Shown: positions 47,410 through 59,719 of the stretch, in pieces
Position numbering within the stretch: the first letter of the stretch is position 1
Layout of the letters: every line of letters begins with the position of its first letter
Assembly (NCBI RefSeq): GCF_044704955.1
Contig: NW_027253544.1
Location: 124,001-188,000, forward strand
Direction of reading: 5' to 3'
Source of the DNA: Pristiophorus japonicus
Lineage: Eukaryota
Length of the DNA: 64,000 bases
Translations under genes and position numbers: made by a program
Notes under the pieces: model-generated
Databases searched by the model: none
What the model was told of the DNA's origin: nothing
What the model saw: the letters and a program-made list of their open reading frames with translations, nothing else

Positions 47410-50172
47410 AAAATGAGAAAGGGATAGACTGAGAATTGCAGGCCTATCAGCCTAAAGTCGGTGGTGGGAGAATTATGGGAAAACATTCTGAGGGCCAGGA
47501 TAAATCTTCATTTCGAAATACACAGATTAATCAAGGACAGTCAACATGGATTTTTTAAGGGAAGATAGTGTCTGACTAACTTGACTGAATTTATGAGGAG
47601 GTAACAAGGAGGTTTGATGAGGGTAGTGCGTACGATGTAGTATATATGGGTTTTACCAAGGCTTTTGATAAGGTCCCACATGATAGACTGGTCATGAAGG
47701 GTAAAGCCCATGAGATACAGGGCAAAGTGACAAGTTGGATCCAAAATTGGCTTGGAGGAAGGAAGCAAAGGGTAATGGTCGATGGGTGCTTTTGTGTCTG
47801 CAAGGCTATTTCCAGTGGGGTTCCACAGGGCTCAGTACAAGTTCCCTTGCTTTTTGTGGTATATATCAATGATTTAGACTTGAATATAGAGGGTATGATT
47901 AAGAAGTTTGTAGATGATACTACCATTTTTTGTAAGGTTGATAATGAAGAAGAAAGCTGTAGACTGTAGGAAAGATATCAATGTACTGGTCGCGTGGGCA
48001 GAACAGTGGCAAATGGAATTCAATCCGGAGAAGTGTGAGGTAATGCATTTGGGAAGGGCTAACAAGGCAAGGGAATATACAATAAATGGTAGGACAATGA
48101 GAAGTGTAGAGGAACAGAGGGACCTTGGAGTGCAGGACAGAGTATAAATTAAGAAATAATGGGGCTTTTAAGAGAGGTACTGCAATAATCGTGGGCAATT
48201 TTAATCTTCATATAGATTCAACAAATCAAATTGGCAAAGGTAGCTGTGACAACTAGTTCATAGGGTGTATTCGTGACAGTTTCTTAGAACCATACATTGT
48301 AGAACCAACCAGGGAACAAGCTATTTTAGATCTGGTAAGGTGCAATGAGACAGGATTAATTGATTGCCTCATAGTAAAGGATCCTCTCGGGAAGAGTGAG
48401 CATAACATGATAAAATTTCACGTTCAGTTTGAGGGTGAGAAACCTGGATCTGAAACTATATCTTAAGCCTAAATAAAGGCAATTACAAAGGTATGAAGTC
48501 AGAATTGGTTAATGTGGAGTGAGAAATTAGATTAAAAGGTAAGACAATAGATAAGCAGTGGCACACATTTAAGGAGATATTTCATAATTCTCAACAAAGA
48601 TATATTCCATTGAGAAAGACTCAAATTGAAAGAAAAGGCAGATATGTTGCAAAGATTAGTGGTAGGCTAGAAGATTGGCAAAATGTTAGAAACCACCAAA
48701 GGATAACTAAAAAATGAATAAAGAAGGATAAAATAGATTATGAGAGTAAACTAGCAAATAATATAAAAACAGACGGTAAGAGCTTCTACAAGTATATCTC
48801 TCTTAGGCGGTCCCTCGTATCGAGGATGACCCACTTCCACACTAAAAAAGGATGAGTTCACAGGTGTTTCAATGAAAGACCTGATATTCCTGGTCCCGAA
48901 CTACATGTTAAACGTAGAAACATAGAAATTAGGTGCAGGAGCAGGCCATTCGGCCCTTCGAGCCTGCACCGACATTCAACAAGATCATGGCTGATCATTC
49001 AACCTCAGTACCCCTTTCCTGCTTTCTCTCCATACCCCTTATTGACCTATGAGGAGAGACTGGATCAACTGCGCTTGTATCCATCGGAGTTTAGAAGAAT
49101 GAGAGGGGATCTCATAGAAACATATAAAATTCTGACGGGATTGGACAGGTTAGAGGCAGAAAGAATGTTCCCATTGCTGGGGAGTTCCAGAACCAGTCAC
49201 TCTCTAAGAATAAGGGGAAAGCCATTTCGGCCGTAAGGGCCATATCTAACTCCCTTTTGAATATATCTAATGAACTGGCCTCAACAGCTTTCTGCGGTCG
49301 AGGATTCCACAGGTTAACAATTCTCTGAGTGAAGAAGTTGCTGCTCCAGGGCCCTCGCCTCTGCTGGGCCCCGAACTCACGCCTCTCCTGGGCCTCGATC
49401 ACATCGCTCCACGATAACTCACCGCTCCTGCGTCCCAAACTCTCCGCTGCTGCTGTACCTGCCCACGTTCCAATCACCGACCTGGACCTTGGTGATGTCC
49501 AATCCAGTTGCCCGCTGCACTGCTGTTGCCCTCTTGCACCAGCTCGCACTGCTCCCTGAAGTGACATGTCACCACGCTGCTCCCAGGGTCGCTCGCTGCT
49601 CGCCTTTTATGGCCCCGACCTGCTGCTGGTATTTCCTCCCTGGTCGGGGTCACCACGCCACGTATATAAAAAGGAAGGGAGTAGCTGAAGTAAATATTGG
49701 TCCCTTAGAGGGTGAGACTGGTGAAATAATAATGGGAAACAAGGAAATGGCAGAGACTTTGAACAAATATTTGTATCTGTCTTTACGGTAGAAGACATGA
49801 AAAGCATCCTACTAATAGAAAATCAAGGGCAAAGGGTCGGGAGGAAATAAAAACAATTATCATCACTACAGAAAAAGTAATAGGCAAACTAATGGGACTA
49901 AAGACTGACAAGTCCCCTGGACCTGATGGCCTGCATCCTTGGGTCTTAAAAGAAGTGGCTGCAGAGATAGTGGATGCATTGGTTGTAATGTTTCAAAATT
50001 CCCTAGATTCTGGAAAGGTCCCAAAGATTGGAAAACTGCAAATGGAACACCCCTCTTTAAGAAAGGAGGGAGACAGATAGCAGGAAATTATAGGTCAGTG
50101 AGCCTAACATCTGTCATTGAGAAAATGCTGGAATCTATTATTAAGGAAGTAGTAGCAGGACATTTAGAAAAT
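47410..50172. mobile_element. Mosaic of CR1 fragments and short non-autonomous elements
   Basis: KAFDKVPH, GVPQGSV, KSPGPDGLHP motifs; tails in both orientations. Confidence 0.8.
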
Positions 50173-53100
50173 TGTAATGACTCAAGTCTGTTTACTGTAA
50201 ACTCACTCAGGTGCAACCTGATCCTTCTTTATTCCAGCCCAAGAGTGCCAGCGTGACAAAGATACCCAGCTTATATACAGGTGACCAAGCACACATGCCA
50301 CATGTGTACAGCCCAATGACCTCTGACCGCGGCGCCCTCTGGTGTCTGGTGACCCTCAAGTATTAATACATAACAACATTCCCCTTTTAAAATCTTAACG
50401 AGTTTTTTTTTTTACAAATTAAGATGGTCTGGGGCTTTCCTCTCACGAGTTGATCGTCTCAGTTCAACTTTGGCTCTGGGCGAGCGTTCTGAGTCCGTTG
50501 AGACTGAGGGCTGAGTAGCTGAGCTGATGGGAGTGGTCATGACCACATCAGAGACTGAAAGTCCAGAGTCAGTAATGTCAGCAGAGTCCTCTGATGAGTC
50601 AACAATGGCTGGTTGGTCACTGACTGCATCTTCCTCACTTGGTTCCAGTTCATCCGTGTGCTGCAGTTTAACCTGGTCAAGGTGTTTCCTGCATGTTTGC
50701 CCATTCTTGAGCATGACAATAAACACTGTGTTACCCTCCTTGGCTGTAACAGTGCCGGCGATCCACTTTGGATCTTGACCATAGTTCAGTACATAAACCG
50801 GATCGTTGACCGAGATGTCACGTGACATGGCAACACGATCATGACACCATTGCTGACTTTGACGTCTGTTTTCAACATGATCATTCAAATCGGGATGAAG
50901 TGAAAGCCTGGTCTTGAGATTTCTCTTCATCAGTAGTTCAGCAGGAGGAACCCCAGTAAGTGTATGAAGTCTTGACCTGTAACTGAGCAATATACATGAC
51001 AACCGTCTCTGCAGTGAGCCCTGAGTTACATGTTTCATACTTTGCTTGATCGTTTGAATGGCACGCTCTGCTTGACCATTAGAAGTAGGCTTGAAGGAGC
51101 TGATCTCACATGTCTGATGTCATTGAGTTTCATGAACTCCTGAAACTCAAGACTTGAGAAGCAAGATCCATTATCGCTCACAACAATGTCAGGCAAACCA
51201 TGAGTAGCAAACATGATACGAAGGCTCTCAATGTTAGCTGTAGACGTGCTGGATGACGAAATAACCACTTAGAATATGCATCTACTACGACAAGAAACAT
51301 CTTTCCTAGGAACGGACTTCAGTAAACTCTCCACAGTCCTCTTAAATATGGCTGCAACTGAACAAATCCCAAAAGGACACCTGTTGTAGACGAACAGTCC
51401 TTTATGGGTGTTGATGCAGGTGAGTTTCTTCGAAGTGGTGACAAGTTCCTGGGTCATATAGGCCGACGTCAGATCAAGTTTCGTGAATGACTTTCCACCA
51501 GCTAGCATGGCGACAGGTCATCGGCCCTAGGTAATGGATACTGATCCTGTTTTGAAAATCGGTTAATCGTAACCTTGTTGTCTCCACAAATCCTGACAAT
51601 GCCATCACTCTTCAACACAGGAACAATGGGACTGGCCCACTCGTTAAACTTGACCGGTGATATGATCCCTTCATGCTGGAGTCTGTCAAGCTCGATTTCA
51701 ACCTTCTCCCTCATCATGTACGGAACAGACCGAGCTTTGTGATAGGCAGGCCTTGCATTCGAGTCCAGGTGAATCTGTAAAATTACCAATGCCCGGTTCA
51801 AACAAAGAAGGAAACTTTTTCAATACTTGAGCACACTAAGTATCATCTACCCAGGACAACATCTTGACATCATTCCAATTCAGCTTGATTTTCTCGAGTG
51901 AATTCCTGCCGAACAGCGTTGGATAATGACCTGGGATGATCCATAATGGTAGCTCGTGAACCACACCATCATATGACACCTCGATTGCTGCATTGCCGAG
52001 CACAGGTATGAGTTCCTTAGTGCAAGTACACAACCTGGCATTGACTGGACTCAGCTTTGGTTTCGCAGCCTTAGTGTCCCACAGCTTGTCGAATGTCCTT
52101 TGGCTCATTATCGACTGGCTCACACCCGTGTCCAGCTCCATTGATACACGCACGCCATGCAGCTTCACATTAACCACTATTCGGCTGGCTCTTGCTCAGG
52201 AACGAATACAGTCCATTCACTTCCTCCTCGGGTTGTGTATCCGGGCCATCACTGAACTGATCCTCATTCACCACGTGGTGAGCCGCACCATGCTTGCTCC
52301 GTTGTGGACACATCCTGTGAAGGTGCCCCACTTTTAAACATCCATTGCATAAACCGACACTGATGAGGCCGATAATTGCCCCCACATCACCAACAGGGTG
52401 AAATCTGGATCGAACCAGTTGGCGGACTGTGAGCAGCGGCAGGTTTCGGGGAAGCAACTCTGCCCGAAGACAACGCCATCTTGTGTACAGTACTTGCCAT
52501 GGAACTCCAACTCGTCGATGATATCTGCCTCAAATTCTCATCTGTTGTCATGCATACCTGGGCAGTCGCGATGGCCTTTTTCAAATCCAGCGTATCTGCA
52601 GCCAACAGCTTCCTGAGCATCGCATCATGGCTGATGCCTATCACTGAGACATCACGCCGCATGTCTTAGAAACATAGAAAGTAGGTGCAGGAGTAGGCCA
52701 TTCGGCCCTTCGAGCCTGCACCCCCATTCAATATGATCATGGCTGATCATGCAACTTCAGTACCCCATTCCTGCTTTCTCTCCATACTCCTTGATTCCTT
52801 TAGTCGTAAGGGCCACATTTAACTCCCATTTGAATATATCTGACGAACTGGCCTCAACTACTACGGTAGAGAATTACACAGGTTCACAATTCTCTGAGTG
52901 AAGAAGTTTCCTTCATGTCTGTCCTAAATGGCTTACTCATTATCCTTAGACTGTGACCCTGGTTCTGGACTTCCCCAACATCGGGAACATTCTTCCAGCA
53001 TCTAACCTGTCCAATCCCATCAGAGTTTTATTTGCTTCTATGAGATCTCCTCTCATTCTTCTAAATTCCAGTGAATATAAGCCTAGTCGATCCAGTCTTT

Positions 53101-55781
53101 CTTCATATGTCAGTCCTGCCATCCCCGGAATCAGTCTAGTGAACCTTCGCCGCATTCCCTCAGTGGCAAGGATGTCCTTCCTCAGATTAGGAGACCAAAA
53201 CTGCACACAATACTCAAGGTGTGGTCTGCAGTAAGACCTCCCTGCTCCTATACTCAAATCCCCTTGCTATGAAGGCCAGCATGCCATTTGATTTCTTTAC
53301 TGCCTGCTGTACCTGCATGCCTACCTTCAATGACTGATGTACCACGACACCCAGGTCTCGATGCACCTCCCCTTTTACTAATCTTTCACCATTCAGATAA
53401 TAATCTGCCTTCCTGTTTTTGCCACCAGAATGGATAACTTCACACATATCCACATTATACTGCATCTGCCATGCATTTTCCCATTCACCCAACCTGTCCA
53501 AGTCCCCCTGCAGCCTCTTAGCATCCTCCTCGCAGCTCGCACTGCCACCCAGCTTACTGTCATCTGCAAACTTGGAGATATTACATTCAATTCCTTCGTC
53601 TAGATCATTAACGTATATTGAAAATAGCTGGGGATATAGCACTGAACCCTGCAACACCCACTAGTCACTACCTACCATTCTGAAAAGGACCCATTTATTC
53701 CCACTCTTTGCTTCCTGTCTGCAAACCAGTTTTCTATCCACGTCAATACATTACCCCCGATTCCATGTGCCTTAATTTTGCACACTAATTTCGTGTCAAA
53801 ACATTTTGAAAATCCAAATACATCACATCCACTGGTTCTCCCTTATCCACTCTACTAGTTACATCCTCAACAAACTCTCAAAGATTTGTCAAGCATGATT
53901 TCCCTTTCATAAATCCATGCGGACTTGGACCGATCCTGTCACTGCTTTCCAAATGCGCTGCTATTTCATCTTTAATAATTGATTCCAGCATATTCCCCAC
54001 CACCGATGTCAGGCTAACCGGTCGATAATTCCCTGTTTTCTCTCTCCCTCCTTTTTTAAAAAGTGGTGTTGCATTAGCTATCCTCTAATCCATAGGAACT
54101 GAACCAGAGTCCATGGAATGTTGGATAATGACCACCAATGCATCTACTATTTCTAGGGCCACTTCCTTAAGTACTCTGGAGTGCAAACTATCAGGCCCTG
54201 GGCATTTATCGGCCTTCAGTCCCTTCAATTTCCTGAACACCATTTCCTGACTATTAAGGATTTCCCTCAGTTCCCCCTTTTCGCTCGACCCTCGGTGTAC
54301 TAGTATTTTCATGAGGTTATTTGTGTCTTTTTTAGTGAAGACAGAACCAATGTATTTGTTCAATTGGTCTGCCATTTCCTTGTTCTCCATTATGAATTCC
54401 CCTGATTCTGACTGCATTAGTCTTCATTAATATTTTTCTCTTCACATATCTGTAGAAGTTTTTGCAGGTTTTATGTTCCCAGCAAGCTTACTCTCATACT
54501 CTAGTTTCCCCCTCCTAATTAAACCCTTGGCCCTTCTCTGCTGAATTCTAAATTTCTCCCAGTCCTCAGGTTTGCTGCTTTTTCTGGACAATTTATATAG
54601 CTCTTCCTTGGACTTAACACTTTCCCTAATTTCCCTTGTTAGCCACGGTGGAGCCATCTTCCCTTTTTTTATTCTTACGCCACACAGGGATGTACAATTG
54701 TTGTAGTTCATCCATGTGATCTTTAAATGTATGCCATTGCCTATCCACCATCAACCCTTTAAGTATCAGTCGCCAGTCTATCCCAGTCAATTCACGTCTC
54801 ATACCGTCGAAGTTTCCTTTCTTTAAGTTCAGGACCCTAGTCTCTGAATTAACTGTGTCACTCTCCATCTTAATGAAGAATTCTACCATATTATGGTCAC
54901 TCTTCCCCAAGGGGCCTCACACGACTAGATTGCTAATTAATCCTCTCTCGTTACACAGTCTAGGATGGCCTGCTCTCTAGTTGGTTCCTCGACATATTGG
55001 TCTCGAAAACCATCCCTTATACACTCCAGGAAATCCTCCTCCACAGTATTGCTACCAGTTTGGTTAGCCCAATCAATATGCAGATTAAAGCCACCCATGA
55101 TAACTGCTGGACCCTTATTGCACACATCCCTAATTTTCTGTTTGATGCCATCCCCAACCTTGTTACTACTGTTTGTTCCCGAACTTACACGGCTCAGCAA
55201 GACGTCGCAGGTCAGCGACAAATCCCAACACGTCCTGGCTCTCAGCATGAACATGTGTGTAGAAACGGTAGTGTGATATGATGATCCCCTCGTTTGGTTT
55301 CAGATGGTTACCCACCAATGTACACAATTCCGCGTACCTTTTCCACCGGATGTACAGACGAGAGAAGATTCTTCATGAAGCCGTAAATTTTCAGACCACA
55401 AACGGTGAGGAGAACTGCCCTGCACTTAACTGCGTAGGCCTCTGCCTCCATGCCATTGGCCACAAAATATTGATCCAGGCGGTCGACAAAATCCACCCAA
55501 TCCTCGCCCTCCACGAATCTCTCCAGGATTCCAACAGTGCTCATTGTGCATGCGAAGGTTCTTAAATTACCTCGTCGCCAATTGTAATGACGCAAGAGTC
55601 TGGTTACTGGAAACTCACTCAGGTGCAACTTGATCCATCTTTATTCCAGCCCAAGAGTGCCACCGTGACAAAGACACCCAGCTTATATACAGGTGACCAA
55701 GCACACATGCCACATGCATACAGCCTGATGACCTCCGACGACGGTGCCCTCTGGTGTCTAGTGACCCCAAGAATTAATACA
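50173..55781 (-). mobile_element. Gypsy/Ty3 LTR retrotransposon (degenerate), LTRs 50173-50375 and 55583-55781
   Basis: Similar ~200-bp LTRs; PBS TGGCGACGAGG (tRNA-Ser type); PPT; gag EDWVDFVDRLDQYF; protease LDTG; RT WASPIVPV/FTKLDL; integrase SDNG; AAAT on both flanks; splits a CR1. Confidence 0.92.
52666..55170 (-). mobile_element. CR1 LINE nested in the Gypsy gag region
   Basis: Endonuclease C-terminal (SDHNMVEF) to RT and 3' tail; Gypsy gag resumes on both sides. Confidence 0.9.
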
Positions 55782-57900
55782 AAAATAATAATACAATCAA
55801 GTAGATTCAACATGGTTTTATGAAAGGGAAATCATTTTTGACAAATTTATTATTGTTCTTTGAGGATGTAACAAGCAGGGTGGGTAAAGGAGAACCAGTG
55901 GATGTTGTGTACTTGGATTTCGTGAAGGCATTCGATAAGATGCCACATAAAAGGTTATTACACAAGATAAGAGCTCATGGTGTTGGGGGGTAATATATAA
56001 GCATGTAGAGGATTAGCTAACTAACAGAAAACAGAGAGTCGAGATAAATGGGCCATTTTCAAGTTGGCAAACTGTAACTAGTGGGGTGCCACAGCGATCA
56101 GTGCTGGAGCCTCAACTATTTACAATCTATTTTAATCTATATTAATGACTTGGGTGAAGGGACAGAGTATTACAGCCAAATTTGCCGACAATACAATGAT
56201 AGGTGGGAAATCAAGTTGTGAGGAGGACTCAGAGTCTGCAAAGGGATATAGATAGGTTAACTGAGTGGGAAAACATTTGGCAGATGGAGTATAATGTGGG
56301 AAAATGTGAGGTTATCCAATTTGATAGGAAGAACAGAAAAGCAAAATATTATTTGAATGGAGAGAGACTACAGAATTCTGTGTTGCAGGGGGTACATGTA
56401 ACACAAAAAGTTAACATTCAAGTAGCAAGTAATTAGGAGGGCAAATGGAATGTTGGCCTTTATGGCAAGGGGGATGGAGTATAAATGTAGGGAAGTCTTG
56501 CAGCAACTGTACAGGGCATTGGTGAGACCAAACTTGGAGTACTGCGTGCTATTTTGGTCTCCTTATTTAAGGAGGGATATAGTTGCATTGGAGGCAGTTC
56601 AGAGAAGGTTCACTAGGTTGATTACTGGGATGAAGGCATGTTATGAGGAAAGGTTGAGCAGGTTGGGCCTGTACTCTTTGGACTTTAGAAGAATGAGAGG
56701 TGATCTTATTGAAACATATAAGATTCTGAGGGGGCTTGACAGGGCAGATGCTGAGAGGATGTTTCTCCTCATGGGGGAATCTAGAACTAGGGCACATAGT
56801 TTCAGAATAAGGGATCGTCCATTTAAGACGGAGGTGATGAGTAATTTCTTCACTGAGGGTCATGAATCTTTGGAATTCTCTACCCCAGAGAGATGTGGAG
56901 GCTGTCAGTGAAGATATTCAAGGCTGAGATAGACAGATTCTTGAACTGTAGGGGAGTCAAGGGTTATGGGGAACAGGAAGGAAAGTGGAGTGGAGGCCAA
57001 GATCAGATCAGCCACGATCTTATTGAATGGCGGAGCAGGCTCGAGGTGCCATATGGCCTAGAACGGCTCAAATGTCTTATGTTCTTGTATCCACAGCTCC
57101 CTGAAGGTAGCAGGACAGGTATATAAGGTGGATAAGAAGGCATATGGGATACTTGCCTTTATTAGCCAAGACATAGAATATAAGAGCCGGGAGGTTATGC
57201 TTAAATGGTATAAAACACTAGCTAAGCCACAGATAGAGTACTGTTTGCAGTTCTGGTCACCACATTACAGGAAAAGATGTAATTGCACTAGAGAGGGTAT
57301 AGAGGAGATTTACGAGGATTTTGCCTGGACTGGAGAATTTTAGCCTTAATGAATGATTGGATAGGCTGGGGTTGTTTTCTTTGGAACATAGGAGGCTGAG
57401 GAGAGACCTAATTGAGGTGTATAAAATTATGTGGGGCCTAGATAGAGTGGATAGGAATGACCTATTTCCATCGGCAGAGGGGTCATCAACCAGGGGGCAT
57501 AGATTTAAAGTAATTGGTAAGAGGTTTAGAGGGGATTTGAGGAGAATTTTTTTCACCCAGAGGGTGGTGGGGGTCTATAAGAACATAAGAAATAGGAACA
57601 GGTGTAGGCCATACGGCCCCTCGAGCCTGCTCCGCCATTCAATAAGATCATGGCTGATCTGATTATGGACTCAGCTCCACTTCCCCACCCGCTCCCCATA
57701 ACCCCTTATCCCCTCACTGCCTGACAGGGTGGTAGAGACAGAAACCTTCACCACATTTAAAAAGTACTTGGATATGCACTTGAAATGCCGTAACATACAA
57801 GGCTATGGACCAAGAGCTGGAAAGTGGGATTAGGCTGGATAGCTTTGTCGTCCGGCATGGACACGATGGGCCGAATAGGTCGCTTGTGTGCTGTAAACTT
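55782..57900 (+). mobile_element. CR1 fragments (continuation of 49660-50172 plus a further copy)
   Basis: RPNLEYCVLFWSP; GLFSLEHRRLRRDLI. Confidence 0.85.
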
Positions 57901-57904
57901 TCCA

Positions 57905-58930
57905 AGTCCTGTAAACCCATCTCCCCTGTGATCGCTGACCTACATTGGCTCCCGGTTAAGCAACGCCTCGATTTTAAAAATGCTCATCCTGGTTTTCAAA
58001 TCCCTCCATGGCCTCGATCTTTACACTCTCTGTAATCTCCTCCAGCCCCATGACCCCCCGCCAAAGAGATGTCTGCGCTCCACTAATTCTGGCCTGTTCA
58101 GCACCCCCGACTATAATTACTCAACCACTGGCGGCCGTGCCTCCAGCTCCCTATGCTCTGGAATTCCTTGCTAATCCTCTCGACTCTCTTTTCTCCGATA
58201 AGACGCCCCTTAAAACCTACTTCTTTGACCATTTGTGTCATGTGTCTTGGTATCAAATTTTTTGTCTTATCTTCTCTTCGGCGGTCCCTTGTATCGAGTA
58301 TGACTTGCTTCCACCAAAAAGGGATGAGTTCACATGTGTTTCAATGAAGGACTGGCTATTCCAAGTCCCGAACTGCAGATTGAAGGATGGATGATGCCAG
58401 AGTGTGGATTTTTTTAACGTGTGGTGACCGTTGCACACCAACCACCACACGGGCTTGACAGAGCTAGGTCTTGGTCCAGTGGCAAGGATTAACCTTGACG
58501 ACTGGAAACCAGCTCTGCTGCACGGATCTACTGCACACACATATTGCAGTGTGGGCTGGCCCGTGTGCCCCTGGGCCCTCGCCTCTTCTGGTCCCCGAAC
58601 TCATACCTCTCCTGGGCCCCGATCACGTTGGTCTGCAATCCCTCGCCACTACTTCGCACCTCATCGCTCCTGCTGTACCTGCCCACGCTCCAATCACCGA
58701 CCTGCATTATGAGGATGTCCATTCCAGTCGCCCTCTTCACAGTCGTTGCCCTCCCTGACTGGCTCGCGCTGTACCTTGCAGTGGTATGCCGCCATGCTGC
58801 TCCTCCTTTTAAAGCCCCGACCTTCCGCTGATGGTTCCTCGCAGCTTGAAGGAACCATCTTTTGTCTAATAACACTCCTGTGAAGCACCTTGGGACCTTT
58901 TACTGCATTAAAGGCGCTATATCAATACCA
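57905..58930 (+). mobile_element. L2-like LINE 3' fragment interrupted by an RTE-related element (58270-58860, -)
   Basis: PISPVIADLHWLPVKQRLDFK/LILVFKSLHGL; tail tgtgaagcaccttggga...aaaggcgctatat. Confidence 0.7.
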
Positions 58931-59271
58931 GGTCCCTCCCCAGGTCTCCCTTTACCAGTTTCCATGATAGAATCAGACAGCACCAAAGGACACTGATTCG
59001 GCCCATTGTACCCGTGCCCACGCCAGCCGGTGAATGAAAAGAAAAAGAACCTTCTCTTCTATTGGTGAACTTGTTCAAATAAAAGGCAGGGTTCACAACA
59101 CAGGTTTTCCACATTTTGGATCGGAATCAGTAACTGACAAATCGCACTGCTCCAGGATTGCAATCTTTGATCTCCGTCTAACTTGTACTGCCTGGACTGG
59201 CCCTTTAAATACCGGGGACACTTTGTAACCTTCAGACCGGTTTTTAAGTGATTGATATTTTCCCATTAAAG

Positions 59272-59616
59272 GTGCAGTTGTCCCTGTCCTGACCCAGTCT
59301 CCAAGCCTAAAACGTGTCACAGAGGGTCACACGGCGCGGTTACAGTGCACCATGTGGAACGCCAGAGTGAGCGACACCGATGTCCACTGGTACCGGCAAC
59401 TACCGGGGCCAGATACGGAGTGGGTTTTAACACATGAGGCAAGTGGCAGCACACGAGGGAGCCCAGGTTCCACTGACCATCTCCAGCCTTCCAGACTCAC
59501 CTCCAATAACAGCTTCATTCTGACAGTCACAGACGTGCAGCCCAGTGACACTGCCGCCTATTACTGTAAAATGTGGAGCGATATCAGCGGGAGCGGAACC
59601 CAGCTCAATGTAACCA
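59272..59616 (+). CDS. Germline-joined VJ-type Ig V exon (V2), open frame
   Basis: cccattaaag|GT acceptor; VLTQSPS, ARLQC, HWYRQ, FILTVTDVQPSDTAAYYC, J-like ISGSGTQLNVT|gtaaat; 345 nt, phase 1-1. Confidence 0.92.
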
Positions 59617-59719
59617 GTAAATACAGTTTGCATTATATTAACCTGAATAGAAGGAATAACCTCTTACACATGGATTTATTGATCAGTATCTGATTAATAT
59701 CACAAAAACCGCTGGTAAA

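Noticed and set aside
46559-47432. Ser/Leu/Pro- and Arg/Glu-rich ORFs
   Set aside because: Translations of a CT-rich minisatellite.
59667-59710. Perfect RSS nonamer ACAAAAACC (59702-59710) downstream of V2
   Set aside because: No CAC heptamer at 12- or 23-bp spacing (nearest CAC gives 28), and V2 is already joined.
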